Of a stretch of 64,000 bases of DNA, positions 60,103-64,000 are shown one piece after another. Below the pieces are notes generated by a model that worked only from the letters and a program-made list of their open reading frames with translations, had not been told where the DNA came from and did not search any database. The first letter of the stretch is position 1. Every line of letters begins with the position of its first letter. This stretch comes from Prevotella sp. Its GTDB lineage: Bacteria > Bacteroidota > Bacteroidia > Bacteroidales > Dysgonomonadaceae. The stretch is taken from positions 37,834 through 101,833 of the forward strand of contig JAITVV010000048.1 in NCBI GenBank assembly GCA_031285625.1, in the 5' to 3' direction. The position numbers were made by a program, and so were the translations under genes.

Positions 60103-60352
60103 GGGCATCAGTTATACTCTGTTTACTCAAAAACTATTACCATTAAAACATTATAGTGTAACTCTTAATGATCTCCTATATATGTATTGATGAATGCGGA
60201 GGAATAAAAGTTGCATCGATTAGAAAAATATTACGCACACCTCTAGAATACTCAACAAATATTTCAGTAGGAATCGGTATTTCTACAACTCTTACTATCT
60301 TTACTCAAAAAAACAGCAAGCTTTTAATATTACTTTATCTATTATAAGAAAT

Positions 60353-60410
60353 AAGGTAACAAGAAAGTAACAATGAAAATGATCAAAAACCTGTTACTTT
60401 TGTCACTTTT
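60353..60410. repeat. Dispersed palindromic element of AAAAGTRACA pairs
   Basis: AAGGTAACAAGAAAGTAACA...TGTTACTTTTGTCACTTTT; the right arm is the exact reverse complement of 32590-32608. Confidence 0.65.
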
Positions 60411-60424
60411 TTAGAAAACAACAA

Positions 60425-61207
60425 ATGGAATTAAGAACTGTAAATGTAACGAGATACATCACTCCTTTGCGTGAAGGAGGTTCTTTGCCCGCTTTGGCTG
60501 AAGCAGACGACGGGTTTAAGTATGTTGTCAAGTTCAGAGGATCAGGGCATGGTACCAAGATGCTTGTCAGTGAACTTATTGGCGGAGCTGTGGCTCAGCT
60601 TTTAGGCTTTCGCATACCGGAAATGGTTTTTATTAACCTTGATGAAGCATTTGGACGTACTGAAGGCGATGAAGAAATTCAAGACCTACTGCAAGGTAGC
60701 CGGGGACTGAATATGGGTTTACACTTCCTCTCGGGGGCTTTAACCTATGATCCGGTAGTAACATCTGTGGATGCAAAAACTGCATCACAAATTGTCTGGA
60801 TGGATGCATTGTTAACAAATGTGGACCGTACTGTAAAAAATACAAATATGTTGATATGGCATAAAGAACTATGGCTGATAGACCATGGCGCATCACTTTA
60901 TTTCCACCATTCGTGGGTAAATTGGGAAAAGTATGCTCTTAGTCCTTTCACCCAGATAAAGGATCATGTTATGTTACCATATGCTACAATGCTGAACGAG
61001 GTGGATGAGGAATTCAAGAAAATATTAACCGCAGATAAAATAGCAGAGATTGTCGGGCTGCTACCGGATGACTGGTTGCATTGGGGTGGCAGTGAAGAAA
61101 CCCCAGAGGATATAAGACAAGTGTATATTGGTTTCCTTACCGAAAGACTAAAACATTCTGAAATATTTATAAAAGAAGCACAACATGCCAGGGAAACACT
61201 TATATGA
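60425..61207 (+). CDS. HipA-like kinase
   Basis: REGGSLP, YVVKF, SELIG, NVDRT..NTN (catalytic loop), LIDHG. Confidence 0.85.
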   Translation: MELRTVNVTRYITPLREGGSLPALAEADDGFKYVVKFRGSGHGTKMLVSELIGGAVAQLLGFRIPEMVFINLDEAFGRTEGDEEIQDLLQGSRGLNMGLHFLSGALTYDPVVTSVDAKTASQIVWMDALLTNVDRTVKNTNMLIWHKELWLIDHGASLYFHHSWVNWEKYALSPFTQIKDHVMLPYATMLNEVDEEFKKILTADKIAEIVGLLPDDWLHWGGSEETPEDIRQVYIGFLTERLKHSEIFIKEAQHARETLI

Positions 61208-61568
61208 TTATGCTGTTATTCGTGTTGTACCAAGAGTGGAGCGCGAAGAATTTATAAATGTAGGCCTTATTATGTATTCTAAGCGGGCAAAATATCTAAA
61301 GGCACATTATAAAGTGAATGAGGATAAGTTGCGCCTATTCTCCACAGAGGTGGATATCGATTCATTATATGCCAACCTGAAAGTCTTTGATAAGGTATGC
61401 TCCGGCTCTAAGGATGGAGGACATATTGCCTCACTGGATATTCCCGACCGGTTTCGCTGGCTTACTGCTGTACGCAGCACATCTATACAGACATCCCGTC
61501 CCCATTCGGGATTTACTGATGATCTGGATGCTACATTCGACAAACTATTTGAAGAGCTTATACTATAG
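61185..61568 (+). CDS. DUF3037 domain protein
   Basis: YDYAVIRVVPRVEREEFINVG, RFRWL; overlaps the end of the kinase gene. Confidence 0.85.
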   Translation: MPGKHLYDYAVIRVVPRVEREEFINVGLIMYSKRAKYLKAHYKVNEDKLRLFSTEVDIDSLYANLKVFDKVCSGSKDGGHIASLDIPDRFRWLTAVRSTSIQTSRPHSGFTDDLDATFDKLFEELIL

Positions 61569-61636
61569 ATATAAACAAAAAAGTATATTGAAAGATAATT
61601 CTCTCAATATTCTTTTTTAGGTTTAAGTAGTATACT

Positions 61637-62308
61637 TTATTCCGGTGATATATAAGTTCCGTAAGATGTGGTATTCGATGGTTTTACCTCATATTCCGAT
61701 TCTGTAAGTATTTCACCTGAATCGGCATTGAATGTAAACATTTTGTATTTTGAGTTCTTCTGTAGTTTCACTCCCCATTGGCGCGAATTATCATTGAACC
61801 AGACTACAAAGCTCCAGTTGCCCTGTCCCGTACTTGTATTTATATAGCCTTTATCTGCTAATGTTTTCAATAAACCATTATATCCGAACGAACCTCTGTT
61901 CGCATCATAATTAACAACATTGCAATAGCCTCTTTCGTCGCACTGCAGCCATTTCCCTATCCTGAATTGTTGAGATAAGTATAAACCTTTTTGCTTCATA
62001 TTACCATTTGGATAGAATTCTTTGAAGATGCGATGTACAGCGGGAGCAGGAGGTGTTATATAGACTTCGATAGGTTGTCCTCTACGCTGACAGGTTACAC
62101 GTATTTGGGTACCGTCATATTCGGTATATGCATAATCAAGACTTCCGGAAGCATAAAATTTGTCCTGATATGAACTAAGATTAAATTTTTCGTAGTCCAG
62201 GGTAATCGTTCTGTTGGGATATATCTCAACCTGTACACTATTTTGGCCTTTTATAAATAAACTCCCCAGGACAAAGAAGAGCAATAGATAGAATTTAATT
62301 CTGTTCAT
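61637..62308 (-). CDS. Secreted hypothetical protein (MORN-like YPNG.MK..G motif)
   Basis: Signal peptide; FYPNGNMKQKG..IGKW. Confidence 0.65.
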   Translation of the reverse strand: MNRIKFYLLLFFVLGSLFIKGQNSVQVEIYPNRTITLDYEKFNLSSYQDKFYASGSLDYAYTEYDGTQIRVTCQRRGQPIEVYITPPAPAVHRIFKEFYPNGNMKQKGLYLSQQFRIGKWLQCDERGYCNVVNYDANRGSFGYNGLLKTLADKGYINTSTGQGNWSFVVWFNDNSRQWGVKLQKNSKYKMFTFNADSGEILTESEYEVKPSNTTSYGTYISPE

Positions 62309-62494
62309 AATTAAAGAATGTAAATGTTAAGGTTCTAATCGTTTGTGTAATTAATACTTCAAATATATAAAAAATACAATCAAGAAGACTATTTTTTGTT
62401 AAAAAAGACTGTATCTTTAGATTTAGAATGTCATATAATGTGAAGAAAAATATCTATATTTTACGATTGTATAATAACTTCAATACACAATAAA

Positions 62495-63157
62495 ATGCTA
62501 AAAAAAGACACCCTAAAATTTCTGGAAACTCTTAAAAAAAATAACAACCGTGAATGGTTTACTGAAAATAAAGCCTGGTACGAACGTTCACGGAAAGATA
62601 TGGAGGTATTAGTTGCACAGATAATTCAATCTATAGCTGCTTTCGATCCTGAAATAAGTCGGCTTGAACCTAAAAAATGTATTTTCCGTATCTATCGTGA
62701 TGTGAGATTTTCGGCAGACAAATCACCATATAAAACACATTTCGGCGCAATTTTCCGTCCTCATACAGCAGAACGGATCTCTGGTTATTATTTGCATATC
62801 GATCCTCAGGAAATATTCCTCTCGTATGGATATTATATGTCCGACTCTGAACAATTGAAGAAGATCCGTAGAGGGATATATAATGATTTCGAAACTTTCA
62901 GTGAGATATTAAATGAGAAAACTTTCAAGAAAGAGTTTGGAGATCTATATCGTGATGAAGATGCTTTGCAGCGTGTCCCCAATGGGTTTGACAAAAGCCA
63001 TCCTGCCGCAGAATATCTTAAATTAAAACATTTTTATGTATATAAAGCTGTATCTCAAGATAAACTACTGAGTGAAGGATTTGTACAATATGCAACCGAA
63101 ATGTATAAGATTATGCAGCCATTAGGGCGTTTTTTAGATGATGTTCTGACAGAGTAG
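62495..63157 (+). CDS. DUF2461 family protein
   Basis: NNNREWF..NK, FRIYRDVRFSADKSPYK. Confidence 0.88.
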   Translation: MLKKDTLKFLETLKKNNNREWFTENKAWYERSRKDMEVLVAQIIQSIAAFDPEISRLEPKKCIFRIYRDVRFSADKSPYKTHFGAIFRPHTAERISGYYLHIDPQEIFLSYGYYMSDSEQLKKIRRGIYNDFETFSEILNEKTFKKEFGDLYRDEDALQRVPNGFDKSHPAAEYLKLKHFYVYKAVSQDKLLSEGFVQYATEMYKIMQPLGRFLDDVLTE

Positions 63158-63805
63158 TTAATTAAATTCCACATTTGAGAAATAGGCTGTTTCCAATATA
63201 TTATCTTCATGTGAACAAATATAAATTCCAACATAACATCGGGATGGTAATTTAATTTCAATTTCCCCATCACTTCTATCAGGTATTATATTTGTTCCTG
63301 TTTTCATTATTATATGGTCTCTCTGCCGTTTTAGTTGTACTTGGTTTGGGGCTCTGTTGACAGAAACCAATTCTTCGGTAACACCTCCTTTTGTCATTCT
63401 GTATTGAAGAGAGGTCAGACCGTCTCCGTGCACAGCTATATCCGCATAGCGGGAGTTGGCATCAAGGCTCTCGCGTATCTGTATCCCAATTTTTCGGTGT
63501 GTATTTACACCTTCTCCTTCAAATGCTATAGTCGAACTTAAGGAGAAATCACCATCTACTTCTTTCCATACAAAATGAAAAGCATCCTTTTCGCCCCACA
63601 TATTGGCTCCTGCTCCTGTCAAAGCATATATCCCTTTTACAGGATCATAGGTCATATATCCCTCCAGTTTACAGTCACCAATATCGCCAGAATCAGTAAA
63701 AAACTGTTCGCTCTGCTTTTTAGTTCCATCACAGCTATACATCAAAATAGAGAAACATAATAATATGATAACAAAAATCATTAATTGCAAAAGCGGAGTC
63801 TTCAT
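63158..63805 (-). CDS. Lipoprotein with a beta-sandwich domain (as found N-terminal to TolB-like proteins)
   Basis: Lipobox MYSC; GAGANMW..DAFHF, HRKIG..IRESLD, HGDGLTSLQYR. Confidence 0.65.
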   Translation of the reverse strand: MKTPLLQLMIFVIILLCFSILMYSCDGTKKQSEQFFTDSGDIGDCKLEGYMTYDPVKGIYALTGAGANMWGEKDAFHFVWKEVDGDFSLSSTIAFEGEGVNTHRKIGIQIRESLDANSRYADIAVHGDGLTSLQYRMTKGGVTEELVSVNRAPNQVQLKRQRDHIIMKTGTNIIPDRSDGEIEIKLPSRCYVGIYICSHEDNILETAYFSNVEFN

Positions 63806-64000
63806 AGGTTGCTGGTTTGGGTTCAGATTTATCAGATAAATATAGTGAATCTTTTATATTGTCAGAGTATTCTATACAACAAAAAAGTTCCTATGTTTAA
63901 AATCGGAAGCGATGGATAGATAGCAAAAATATAAGCTATAAGTTTTAGTTAATTTTGGTAATGGAGATTACTTACTTATTAACTTGAAACAATATAGCTT

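Overview
AT-rich chromosomal window from a Bacteroidetes bacterium. TAnnTTTG -7 promoter boxes and GLPGLI, TonB-dependent and GH29 genes point to Bacteroidales; a Dysgonomonas-like organism is my inference. It holds about 45 mostly ordinary genes: redox enzymes, GNATs, transporters, three paralogous secreted fibre-like proteins, an alpha-2-macroglobulin, a His-rich metal TBDR with a Fur/Zur regulator, mgtE, a fucosidase and a HipA-like kinase/DUF3037 pair. I found no rRNA, tRNA, CRISPR array, transposase or integrase. The most striking signals are non-coding. (1) An identical 28-nt U/G-rich core occurs three times (12952, 25107 on the minus strand, 49181), each followed by a divergent terminator hairpin with a GTGA loop, suggesting a multicopy sRNA family. 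(2) A short transcript unit at ~42960-43079, behind a duplicated AraC-type promoter, is nearly complementary to that core (candidate sponge), and one 5'UTR (62319-62348) carries core-complementary segments. (3) A second dispersed palindromic element (AAAAGTRACA pairs) occurs at three loci. (4) There are candidate uORF attenuators ahead of an ABC-F gene and a methyltransferase/GNAT cluster, and a structured leader ahead of mgtE. Product calls come from motif recognition only; no searches were run.
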